Assembly (NCBI GenBank): GCA_963790025.1
Contig: CAWBMP010000004.1
Span: forward strand, 384,001-448,000
DNA from: Nitrospirota bacterium
Lineage (GTDB): Bacteria > Nitrospirota > Thermodesulfovibrionia > Thermodesulfovibrionales > Dissulfurispiraceae
Direction of reading: 5' to 3'
DNA: 64,000 bases
Shown here in pieces: positions 50,070 through 58,486 of the stretch (its first letter is position 1; every line of letters begins with the position of its first letter). The notes below the pieces were generated by a model. The model made no database searches, was not told the DNA's origin, and saw only the letters and a list, made by a program, of their open reading frames with translations. Made by a program: the position numbers and the translations under genes.

Positions 50070-50689
50070 GCGGTCCACCGGTCAACGCCTTCACCCGACT
50101 TGCATGAGAGTTCAAAAATCTTTATTGACGGATTGAGGGACAGGGCGTCCCTTCTTATTTTCTCAACATCGACATCAAGGAACGGCTTCAGGTCCATTTT
50201 GTTGATTATCAGGGCCGCCGACTCCTGGAACATGAGCGGATACTTCAAGGGCTTGTCATGTCCTTCAGCGATGCTGAGAATCATTACCTTCATGTCCTCC
50301 CCGATCTTAAATTCAGCAGGGCAGACAAGGTTCCCCACATTCTCGATGAAAAGGATATCAAGTTCTCCGATCGGAAGGTCGGCAAGTACCTCGTAGATCA
50401 TGTTGGCATCCAGATGGCAAGCGCCTCCTGTGTTTATCTGCACAACAGGGACCTCCAGACGGTCGATCCTGATTGCGTCATCAGCGCCGGCAATGTCCCC
50501 TTCTATCACTCCGACCTTCAACGAACGCTTCAGGGCCGCTATGGTTGTTTCAAGCAGTGATGTCTTTCCGGCCCCGGGTGAGCTCATCAGGTTGATCACG
50601 TAAACCCCGGCGTCGGAAAAAATCTTTTTGTTATCACGGGCTATTCTTTCATTAGCGTCCAATATTTTTGAGGCAACTTTCAATTTCAT
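50045..50689 (-). CDS. hypB: Hydrogenase nickel incorporation GTPase HypB
   Basis: SSPGAGKT, IEGD, GACHLDA, ENVGNLVCPA and DKPLKYP motifs. Confidence 0.96.
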   Translation of the reverse strand: MKLKVASKILDANERIARDNKKIFSDAGVYVINLMSSPGAGKTSLLETTIAALKRSLKVGVIEGDIAGADDAIRIDRLEVPVVQINTGGACHLDANMIYEVLADLPIGELDILFIENVGNLVCPAEFKIGEDMKVMILSIAEGHDKPLKYPLMFQESAALIINKMDLKPFLDVDVEKIRRDALSLNPSIKIFELSCKSGEGVDRWTAWLQTLIS

Positions 50690-50691
50690 TA

Positions 50692-51036
50692 TCAATCGAC
50701 CTCTAATTCTTTTATATCAAGCTCACGGCCTGCATGTAATGTATAAGCGCTGCTGCCGCAAAGGGGACAGCAGAGTACAAAGCTTTCAGACGCTGTAAAG
50801 TCGGAGTTGCATGCAGTGCAGCGGCCGGCAACCGGCACCTCTTCAATCGTGAGCGTCGCACCCGCTGCAATCGTATCAGCCTTAAGCGCGTCAAAGGCAA
50901 AAAGCAAGGCCTCCGGCATTACTCCAGAGGCCTTGCCTATGCACACTCTGACATTGCTTATTGTGCCAAATCCATTTTTTTTGCATTCATCAACAGCAAT
51001 TTTCAGGAGGCTGTGAGCTACGGAGACTTCATGCAT
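50692..51036 (-). CDS. hypA: Hydrogenase maturation nickel metallochaperone HypA
   Basis: MHE start, two CxxC motifs, GRE. Confidence 0.96.
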   Translation of the reverse strand: MHEVSVAHSLLKIAVDECKKNGFGTISNVRVCIGKASGVMPEALLFAFDALKADTIAAGATLTIEEVPVAGRCTACNSDFTASESFVLCCPLCGSSAYTLHAGRELDIKELEVD

Positions 51037-51038
51037 GC

Positions 51039-51338
51039 CTATTTTTTTATTTCTTTCTCATAGGCCTCTTTGCCGGCCTCAAAAGCCGCTGCAATTAATG
51101 TCTTCTTCTCGTCGACAAAACTCTTTCCCTTCTCAACAGTAGAAGTGACTGTTTCCTTTGCCTGAGACACATAATCGTTGGCCTTTTCCTTCACATCATC
51201 CGCAATGTCCATTATTTTTTTCCGTGTCTCGGTTCCTGATTGCGGGGCAAGGAGCAGGGCCAAACCGGCTCCTACCATGCCTCCCAGAAGAAATGAAAGC
51301 AAAACTGAACCCGAATTGAAACCATTCTCATCGCTCAT
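51039..51338 (-). CDS. YtxH domain protein
   Basis: FLLGGMVGAGLALLLAPQSGTETR. Confidence 0.9.
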   Translation of the reverse strand: MSDENGFNSGSVLLSFLLGGMVGAGLALLLAPQSGTETRKKIMDIADDVKEKANDYVSQAKETVTSTVEKGKSFVDEKKTLIAAAFEAGKEAYEKEIKK

Positions 51339-51753
51339 GATATGACCTCCTTTCTTTCATTTGGTTTATTAATACGTTGAACGCAGTCTTGACCCCGGTT
51401 TTTACCCCGCAAGCCCTTAATGACAACCCGTCACCGAAACCTTTGAGAATAATGCTAAGCGCCTTCAGATTTATAACTACATCATTGCTGGCTTCGGCAA
51501 CGTTGCGGACCGCATAGGTCACTGCGCCGGCATCATCAGTGATTTTCCTTACGCTCCTGAGAAATTGTCCTGCTTCGAGTAGAACAGGACTCAGTTGCTC
51601 CTCGGCGTATTTCATAGAGCTATTGAACGTCGCTGTCATCCTTTTCATCTCAAATACAGCGTAGATGAGCAAAGCGATAGCCGTAAAAATGCCGAGTACG
51701 AGTATAAATAAGCCAACTCCCATAAATATCAGCAACAACGTGTGGTCCGTCAT
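51328..51753 (-). CDS. YtxG/DUF948-like membrane-anchored coiled-coil protein
   Basis: N-terminal TM helix plus helical body; immediately upstream of ytxH; AGGAGG RBS. Confidence 0.65.
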   Translation of the reverse strand: MTDHTLLLIFMGVGLFILVLGIFTAIALLIYAVFEMKRMTATFNSSMKYAEEQLSPVLLEAGQFLRSVRKITDDAGAVTYAVRNVAEASNDVVINLKALSIILKGFGDGLSLRACGVKTGVKTAFNVLINQMKERRSYHER

Positions 51754-51795
51754 CCATTTCCCTCCTTTGCATAAGTATATCACAAAAAACCTGCA

Positions 51796-51853
51796 GCAAG
51801 TAGCCTTGCCCCTTACTACTTACTACCTACTACTTACTACTTGCCACCAGCCG
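51796..51853. repeat. Heptamer repeat (CTTACTA / TAGTAAG) overlapping the stop of the CDP-alcohol transferase gene
   Basis: CTTACTA CTTACTA CCTACTA CTTACTA CTTGCCA (51812-51846); short counter-arm GCAAGTAG (51796-51803). Confidence 0.8.
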
Positions 51854-52412
51854 CCGTTTTTTTATAAACGTGCACTACTCTCTGTATAACTGTGATATGA
51901 CTGAGCACAAACAGGACTATAACAACAGCAGGAACCGATCCTGTGATGCATCCAAAGGCCAAAAGCACAATGCGCTCGGGCCTTTCTATCAAACCCACGT
52001 GGCACTCGATGCCCAGCCCTTCAGCACGCGCCCTCACATAACTTATCAGAAACGAGCCGATCAGGCTGCCGATAGCAAAAACAACCCCTATCAGATTATT
52101 CTGTTTGAAAAGAAGCAACATAATAGCTGCAAAAAGAGCTGCATCAGCGTACCGGTCAAGGGTCGAATCGAGCAGCGCGCCGAATTTGGTGTCTTTCCCA
52201 TTGGTGCGTGCGACAACACCGTCGAGGAGGTCAAAAACACCGCCGGCAAGGATCATGAAACCGCCGGTCACGGTATCGAAAGGAATAAGAAAAGCGGCAA
52301 TGATGGTGATGGCAAAACCGGTGACGCTTAAGACGTTTGGACTTATTGATATGCGCTTCGCTACCAGAGTAAGGGGTTTATCCAGGAAATGTCCGAGCTT
52401 CGCGCTGATCAA
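51837..52412 (-). CDS. CDP-alcohol phosphatidyltransferase, phosphatidylinositol-phosphate synthase-like
   Basis: DLLDGVVAR...GALLDSTLDRYAD signature and SYVRARAEGLG..C.VGLIERPER; abuts ino1. Confidence 0.85.
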   Translation of the reverse strand: MISAKLGHFLDKPLTLVAKRISISPNVLSVTGFAITIIAAFLIPFDTVTGGFMILAGGVFDLLDGVVARTNGKDTKFGALLDSTLDRYADAALFAAIMLLLFKQNNLIGVVFAIGSLIGSFLISYVRARAEGLGIECHVGLIERPERIVLLAFGCITGSVPAVVIVLFVLSHITVIQRVVHVYKKTAAGGK

Positions 52413-53522
52413 CTACCGCTCCCTGGCGCCTGATATATATTCCTCTACCATACTTCTGGCTTCCTCGTCGGAGAACTGTTTATAGGGATGTTTCATAAAA
52501 TAGGCCGACGGCGATAACAGTGCTCCCCCAATGCCCCTGTCTTTTGCGACTTTGCAGCATCGTACAACATCGATGACAACGCCTGCGCTGTTGGGCGAGT
52601 CCTCAACGGACAATCTCAATTCCAGATGCATGGGAACATTTCCGAACTCCCGTCCCTCAATCCTGAGAAAGCACACTTTGTTATCATTCATCCAGGGCAC
52701 ATAATCCGAGGGGCCTATATGAATGTCCTCATCCCCAAGTTGATGGGTTATTTGAGAGCAGACAGCCTCTGTCTTAGATATTTTTTTCGATTTAAGCCTG
52801 CTGTGGCTGAGCATATTAAGAAAGTCGGTGTTGCCGCCCACGTTCAGTTGATAAGTATGGGTTATCTTTACGCCCCTGTCCATGAAAAGCTTACTCAGCG
52901 CACGATGTACTATAGTCGCCCCGACCTGTGCCTTGATATCATCGCCGATCACCGGGATTCCCTTTTTCTCAAACCGGTGTATCCATTCGTCATCGGACGC
53001 AATAAAAACAGGCATACAGTTCACAAAAGCAACTCCGGCATCGAGGCAGGCGCTTGCATAATAGCGGGCCGCCTTTTCAGAGCCCACAGGCAGGTAATTA
53101 AGGAGCATTTCGGCGCCGCTTTCACGCAGCACCCTGACCACGTCACATGGTCTTTCGTCCGCCACGATGAATCTCCGGTCATCCGGATAATCAGCCATAT
53201 GAGGCGCAACCCCGTCCAGGACTTCGCCCATCTGCACCGTCACTTCCCGTGAAGGACTGCTGATATGCGGGCAAAATACTTTTGTACAATTGGGTTTTTC
53301 AAATATGGCGTCGCCAAGCGGCTCATTAACTTTTCTGGCATCGATATCAAAAGCTGCAACTACAGCAATATCCCCCGGCAAATATCCTCCGAGATTATAG
53401 TGCATGAGTCCGAGCGACCTGTCAGCGTCATCCTCTTTCATTGTCCTGTAGTATTCAATGCCCTGGATAAGAGAACTTGCACAGTTACCAATTCCGGCAA
53501 TCGCAATCCGTATCGCACCCAT
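52413..53522 (-). CDS. ino1: myo-Inositol-1(3)-phosphate synthase
   Basis: GIGNCASS, NYLPVGS, GDDIKAQVGAT, QLNVGGNTDF, SKKISKT and EDSPNSAG motifs. Confidence 0.96.
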   Translation of the reverse strand: MGAIRIAIAGIGNCASSLIQGIEYYRTMKEDDADRSLGLMHYNLGGYLPGDIAVVAAFDIDARKVNEPLGDAIFEKPNCTKVFCPHISSPSREVTVQMGEVLDGVAPHMADYPDDRRFIVADERPCDVVRVLRESGAEMLLNYLPVGSEKAARYYASACLDAGVAFVNCMPVFIASDDEWIHRFEKKGIPVIGDDIKAQVGATIVHRALSKLFMDRGVKITHTYQLNVGGNTDFLNMLSHSRLKSKKISKTEAVCSQITHQLGDEDIHIGPSDYVPWMNDNKVCFLRIEGREFGNVPMHLELRLSVEDSPNSAGVVIDVVRCCKVAKDRGIGGALLSPSAYFMKHPYKQFSDEEARSMVEEYISGARER

Positions 53523-53542
53523 TCAGCCTTTGCTCTCCTTGA

Positions 53543-53962
53543 TCAGGAAATATCAATGCGCTTGGGCAATTCTTCGGCCCTTTTTGGAAGGATTATGTTA
53601 AGTATACCATCCTTGAGTGTAGCTTTTATACTGTCTTTCTCGATTATGGAGGGCAGGACAAATGACCTGGAAAAGGCGCCGAAATATCGTTCAATCTGAT
53701 AGTAACTTCTTCCCTCTCTCCGGGACTTTCGCTCGCCGCTTATCTTGAGTGTATTGTCTTCCACCACAATGTTGACATCTGCCTCCAGCACTTCAGGCAG
53801 TTCGGCCTTGACCACAAATGCCTCATCGGTTTCATAAATATCTACGGCGGGTATCCATACACCTGTCTTTACTTCTCCTGCTTTCGGAGCAACATGCTCA
53901 AAAAGCCTGTTTGCCCGCTCTCTTAGTGCAAATGTATCTTTAAAAGGGTCCCATTTTTTCAT
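53543..53962 (-). CDS. Hsp20/alpha-crystallin small heat shock protein
   Basis: KWDPF, PAVDIYET, ERYFGAFSRSFVLP and ATLKDGIL motifs. Confidence 0.93.
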   Translation of the reverse strand: MKKWDPFKDTFALRERANRLFEHVAPKAGEVKTGVWIPAVDIYETDEAFVVKAELPEVLEADVNIVVEDNTLKISGERKSRREGRSYYQIERYFGAFSRSFVLPSIIEKDSIKATLKDGILNIILPKRAEELPKRIDIS

Positions 53963-54103
53963 TTTCCGCCCAAGCCTCCTCATTAGAGTCTGCGCAAGAA
54001 TAGCTTTACCACTAAGTATACAGCATACGGGGCCGGGAGGCAAAGAGCATTGAACTTTTGCCATTCTGTATGCTAGAGTTCAAAAGAAGTTACGGAGAGT
54101 ACT

Positions 54104-54781
54104 TTGCATATCCCCGATGGTTACTTAAGTCCTCAGACATACATTCCGTTATATGGGGTTTCCTTTACCGTTTGGACTATTGCGTTAAAGAAGCTGAAAA
54201 GGGAACTATCCTCCAAACAAATTCCCTATCTGGCTATGGCTGCGGCATTCTCGTTCCTCATCATGATGTTCAATATTCCCATACCCGGCGGGACAACAGG
54301 CCATGCCGTGGGGGCCGGCATTATTGCAACTCTCCTCGGACCCTGGACCGCGGTAATTGCCGTATCCATGGTGCTGATTATTCAGGCCATAGTTTTCGGC
54401 GATGGGGGAATTACCGCAATAGGAGCAAACTGCTTTAACATGGCAATTGTAATGCCCTTCGCATCATATTGGGTATTCAAACTGGTAAGGGGAAAGGCCA
54501 CGCATGGGGGGAGGATATCGGCGGCGGCTTTCCTATCCGGCTATTTGGGTTTATGCATTGCTTCATTTACAGCGGCATTGGAATTGGGCATCCAGCCTTT
54601 AATTGCGCATGCCGCCGATGGCAGGCCGCTCTATGCACCTTATCCGTTGTCAATTGCCTTCCCAGCAATGGCGCTGGAGCATCTATTGGTATTCGGCGTT
54701 ATAGAGGGGATAGTCACCATGCTGCTCTTTAAATACTTCGTGAAGCATGAGCCAGGTTCAGTGTATGCGCTCAACAAGTGA
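54104..54781 (+). CDS. cbiM: Cobalt/nickel ECF transporter S component CbiM/NikM
   Basis: Invariant MHIPDGYL N-terminus (TTG start), PGGTTGH and GDGGITA motifs. Confidence 0.9.
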   Translation: MHIPDGYLSPQTYIPLYGVSFTVWTIALKKLKRELSSKQIPYLAMAAAFSFLIMMFNIPIPGGTTGHAVGAGIIATLLGPWTAVIAVSMVLIIQAIVFGDGGITAIGANCFNMAIVMPFASYWVFKLVRGKATHGGRISAAAFLSGYLGLCIASFTAALELGIQPLIAHAADGRPLYAPYPLSIAFPAMALEHLLVFGVIEGIVTMLLFKYFVKHEPGSVYALNK

Positions 54782-55375
54782 CAAAATGTTGCAACAAGGA
54801 ATGATACAAAAGTTATTACAGGAGATCCAGAGTTCAGGAAGTTCGAGAAAAAAATCGGCGTTTTCCGGATTTAAAAAAGGAAACACGTTTCTATTTCTTG
54901 ATAATCGTCTATTTCCATCTAAAAGAAAAGGTATCCCAAAGATGGGCCTGGTTTTTAGTTCTCCCTCTTAAAGTTGACAGGACTAGGACCATTTATTTCC
55001 TTTTCTGTATTGCTGTTTCTTGGAAAAGTCAATTTTCAGAGGCAACAATTTATGATCGTACTCTGCATAGAGTTGCACGACGACGAAACTATCGGCTTCT
55101 GCGAGGTAATACTATATTCTTCCAGTAGCATATGTGTGCAGAGTATAAGTGGAAGAAAATGCCTGCTGTGACGATAACTGATAGATCAGGTCTGCAACCC
55201 CGAACTATCTTACAGGCATGTTGTGTCGCAAGTGTGCTGACCATTGACAAGCATACTCAGGACACAACGTCTCCACCTGAACTCTTATTCGAAATCCCTT
55301 CTTTTCTGTTAATATAACTAAATAGCGTGAGTTTCTCTCTATACGACATTACGATAGATCGGATCACTTATTGTT

Positions 55376-56458
55376 ATGAGTCCATCCCGAAAAAAGGTTG
55401 ATGATGACATCATTACGGCAGAACTGCTGTATCGGGCAATATTTGAGCAATCCCCTGACGGTATCCTGATCGTCGACACCGGGGGAAAAATAATTGATTT
55501 TAACGAGGCGACTCACCTCCAGCTCGGCTATTCCCGTGATGAATTTGCCGGGCTCGGTATGGTGGATATTGATCCATACGAGACACCTGAAAAGATCCGA
55601 GCCAGTATCGAAGAGGTATTGAGCAAAGGTAGGGCTCATTTCGAAACCAAGCATAAGACCAAGAGTGGGGAAATAAGGGATGTCCATGTGATCACAAAAG
55701 TGATTGCCGTTCGGGGCGGCATTTTTTTTCAAACAATTTGGCGCGACATAACAAAGCGAAAGCAGGCCGAAGATGCACTCAGAATACGTTGCCTGCACCT
55801 CGAAGACCTTGTGGAAGAGCGCTCCGCCGAATTGAGAAGGCTCAACGAGGAGGTTCAGAAAGATATGGCCCGCCGGAAGTTTGTTGAACGCGAAAGAGAT
55901 AAACTCTTCACTGACCTTCGGAAAGCCCTAGCTAAAATAAAAATTCTGACAGGATTGCTTCCCATGTGTGCCTGGTGTAAAAAAGTACGCGACGACGCTG
56001 GATACTGGAAAAAGGTGGAAACGTATGTCCAGGAACATTCAGACGCCTCTTTTACCCACGGCATATGCCCTGACTGTCTTAAAAAAGTAGACTCTGAAAC
56101 ATACATGATCGATGTCGAAAAAAATGGGAAAGTTGATGGAAAGAATATCCCCGAGAGAAGGCAAAGAGGGAGGAGGCCAATCATTCCACAGTCTCATTAT
56201 TCTGTTGTAAGCATAAATATAAGGGATTGGAAGAAGTCAATACTCGATGCTGCTGTTGACGATATCAGCGAAGGGGGGATGTGCATCCGGACTAAGACTC
56301 TCCTGGACGATGACATTCTCGTGATGATTGCGGATGGCGTCAGGGTGAAAACAGGGATTGTCATATGGAAGGAAACCGTCGACTCAGAGCATAATTTATA
56401 TTTATATCGAACAGGCATAAAGTTTATCCGTGATGATGTCGATAATTCCGGCAGTTAG
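55376..56458 (+). CDS. PAS, coiled coil, Cys/His metal-binding domain and C-terminal PilZ protein
   Basis: PAS (FEQSPDGI...RDITKRK), LPMCAWCKKVR..GYW...FTHGICPDC, PilZ RxxxR (RQRGR) and DISEGG. Confidence 0.85.
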   Translation: MSPSRKKVDDDIITAELLYRAIFEQSPDGILIVDTGGKIIDFNEATHLQLGYSRDEFAGLGMVDIDPYETPEKIRASIEEVLSKGRAHFETKHKTKSGEIRDVHVITKVIAVRGGIFFQTIWRDITKRKQAEDALRIRCLHLEDLVEERSAELRRLNEEVQKDMARRKFVERERDKLFTDLRKALAKIKILTGLLPMCAWCKKVRDDAGYWKKVETYVQEHSDASFTHGICPDCLKKVDSETYMIDVEKNGKVDGKNIPERRQRGRRPIIPQSHYSVVSINIRDWKKSILDAAVDDISEGGMCIRTKTLLDDDILVMIADGVRVKTGIVIWKETVDSEHNLYLYRTGIKFIRDDVDNSGS

Positions 56459-56463
56459 GTTAG

Positions 56464-56636
56464 TTACCTTAGGTTAAGCCAAAACTCGGGACCAGTATTC
56501 AGAAATCTCCCAATCTTGATAGCAGTCTCAGCCGCCACGTTGCGTTCGCCTCTGATGATCTGTCCATGTGTGTCTGGGAAAGCCTTTTTTTTTTAGAAAG
56601 CCGGTACACTGATATTCCCGGAAGTTGCCCCGTCAT
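56464..56636 (-). pseudogene. HigA-family antitoxin (XRE HTH) pseudogene
   Basis: GISVYRLSKKKRLSQTH, a 1-nt frameshift near 56566, then GQIIRGERNVAAETAIKIGRFLNTGPEFWLNLR*. N-terminal HPGE motif missing; ends early. Confidence 0.8.
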
Positions 56637-56661
56637 ATAAGCTCCGTTTCTTCCTTTTCTC

Positions 56662-57015
56662 TTACAGTTTATCGTATTTTTTTGCCGAGCCTTTTGATTT
56701 CGTGACTGGATATTTTTTCTTGTTCTTCCCGATTTTTTTCTCCATCTCCTCAAGCAGGTCGATGCCGAGGTCGTGAGAGAGAAGGGCAATGTAAATGGCG
56801 ATATCGGCAAGTTCCTCCCCGACGCGCGACAAACCGCCCTCGGCCAGATAAAGCCTTACCTCTGCGTCAGTTTTCCATTGAAATTCTTCCAGCAATTCGG
56901 CGGACTCTAGGACGACTGAAATTGCGAGGTCTTTAGGCCGGTGGAATTGTTCCCAGTCCCTTTCCCTGCGGAATTCAAGAAGCTTCCCTGTTATGGCTTT
57001 CAGGCTTTCAGTCAT
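56662..57015 (-). CDS. MazG-like nucleotide pyrophosphohydrolase (dCTPase-like)
   Basis: FRRERDWEQFH.PKDLA, ESAELLEEFQW, EELAD and KYP motifs. Confidence 0.93.
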   Translation of the reverse strand: MTESLKAITGKLLEFRRERDWEQFHRPKDLAISVVLESAELLEEFQWKTDAEVRLYLAEGGLSRVGEELADIAIYIALLSHDLGIDLLEEMEKKIGKNKKKYPVTKSKGSAKKYDKL

Positions 57016-57052
57016 TGACTATTATCACACAATTTCACCCCGAAAACATCAT

Positions 57053-58462
57053 CTATTTCCTTGCGACCCCTGAATTTCTTGCTGCCGAGGCCACTGCGCC
57101 GGCAACTGCGGTAACAACACGCCTGTCAAAAGCCGAGGGGATTATATTCTCCTCGCTCAGTTCGTCCTCATTGAGAAGATAGGCAATGGCCTTCGATGCT
57201 GCCAACCTGATTTCGTCATTAACGCCCCGCGCCCGTACATCGAGCAGGCCCCGGAATATACCCGGGTAGCTAAGCGCGTTGTTGATTTGATTAGGATAGT
57301 CCGACCGTCCCGTAGCCATGATCCTGGCGACGTGCTGTGCATCTTCAGGCGCAATCTCGGGATCCGGATTGGCGAGGGCAAACACGATCGGATCGGATGC
57401 CATACGACTGACATCCTCGACGGTTATCACATTGGGACCCGAAAGTCCGAGAAATACGTTAGCGCCCGTCATCACCGCGGACAGTGTGCCTTTCAGCTTG
57501 CGGGGGTTTGTAGTCCGGGCTATTTCGACCTTATAGCTGTTCATGCCGGAATCCCGTCCTTCATAAATTGCGCCGGTCCGGTCACATACTACTATATCAC
57601 TCACACCATATGACAGGAGAAGCTTTGTGGTAGCCATGGCCGAGGCCCCGGCCCCGGCCACTACATAGCGGAATGTTCTGATGTCCTTGCGAAAAAGCCG
57701 GCTCGCATTTATCATGCCTGCAAGGACTACTGTGGCGGTCCCATGCTGGTCGTCGTGGATAATTGGAATATCCAGTTCCTCCATGAGCCTTCGTTCGATC
57801 TCGAAGCAGCGAGGCGCAGAAATGTCTTCCAGGTTGATAGCGCCGAATGGAGGGGCGAGATACTTGACCGTTTTAATGATCTCCTCCGGGTCGGTGGTGT
57901 CGAGACAAAGCGGAAAGGCATCGATACCGGCAAACTCCTTGAAGATCATGGCCTTGCCTTCCATCACCGGCAGTGCAGCTTTGGGCCCGAGATTTCCAAA
58001 TCCCAGAACCGCTGTCCCGTCGGTCACGATCGCCACCGAATTGCCTTTGATAGTATAGTTGTAGGCATGTTCCTGATTACGGTAGATGTCCTTGCAGATC
58101 CTTCCAACCCCCGGGGTATAGACGCGCGAGAAGTCCGCCGGAGTTTCAATAGACACCTTGCTTCTCACCTCTATTTTGCCTCCGCAATGACATCCGAAAG
58201 TGCGGTCAATAACATTGATGACTTTGACGCCGTGGTCGATCGTCTCGATGGCCTGGATTATTTCCTGCTCGTGATCTTCGTCGCGGGCATTTACAGTCAC
58301 GTCCCTTACGAGGTTGTTCTTTTCGGACGCAACAATATCAACAGTGCCCAGATCGCCTCCTGCCTTACTGATGGCTGTCGCTATGCTTGCAAACATACCT
58401 ATTTTGTTAATTATGGAAAGCCGTAACGTAACGCTATAGCATGGGCTCGGTATTCTTAACAT
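57053..58462 (-). CDS. NAD(P)-dependent malic enzyme with N-terminal ACT domain
   Basis: VYTPGV, TDGTAVLG, PVMEGKA, NLEDISAP, HDDQHGT, ANPDPEI and GRSDYPNQINN motifs; N-terminal ACT-like region. Confidence 0.95.
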   Translation of the reverse strand: MLRIPSPCYSVTLRLSIINKIGMFASIATAISKAGGDLGTVDIVASEKNNLVRDVTVNARDEDHEQEIIQAIETIDHGVKVINVIDRTFGCHCGGKIEVRSKVSIETPADFSRVYTPGVGRICKDIYRNQEHAYNYTIKGNSVAIVTDGTAVLGFGNLGPKAALPVMEGKAMIFKEFAGIDAFPLCLDTTDPEEIIKTVKYLAPPFGAINLEDISAPRCFEIERRLMEELDIPIIHDDQHGTATVVLAGMINASRLFRKDIRTFRYVVAGAGASAMATTKLLLSYGVSDIVVCDRTGAIYEGRDSGMNSYKVEIARTTNPRKLKGTLSAVMTGANVFLGLSGPNVITVEDVSRMASDPIVFALANPDPEIAPEDAQHVARIMATGRSDYPNQINNALSYPGIFRGLLDVRARGVNDEIRLAASKAIAYLLNEDELSEENIIPSAFDRRVVTAVAGAVASAARNSGVARK

Positions 58463-58486
58463 TTTAATTCTCTCCTTTCCCGGCAC

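Noticed and set aside
56452..56480. GTTAG-rich stretch as another heptamer element
   Set aside because: It is explained by the PilZ gene stop and the 3' end of the HigA pseudogene, and has no counter-arm.
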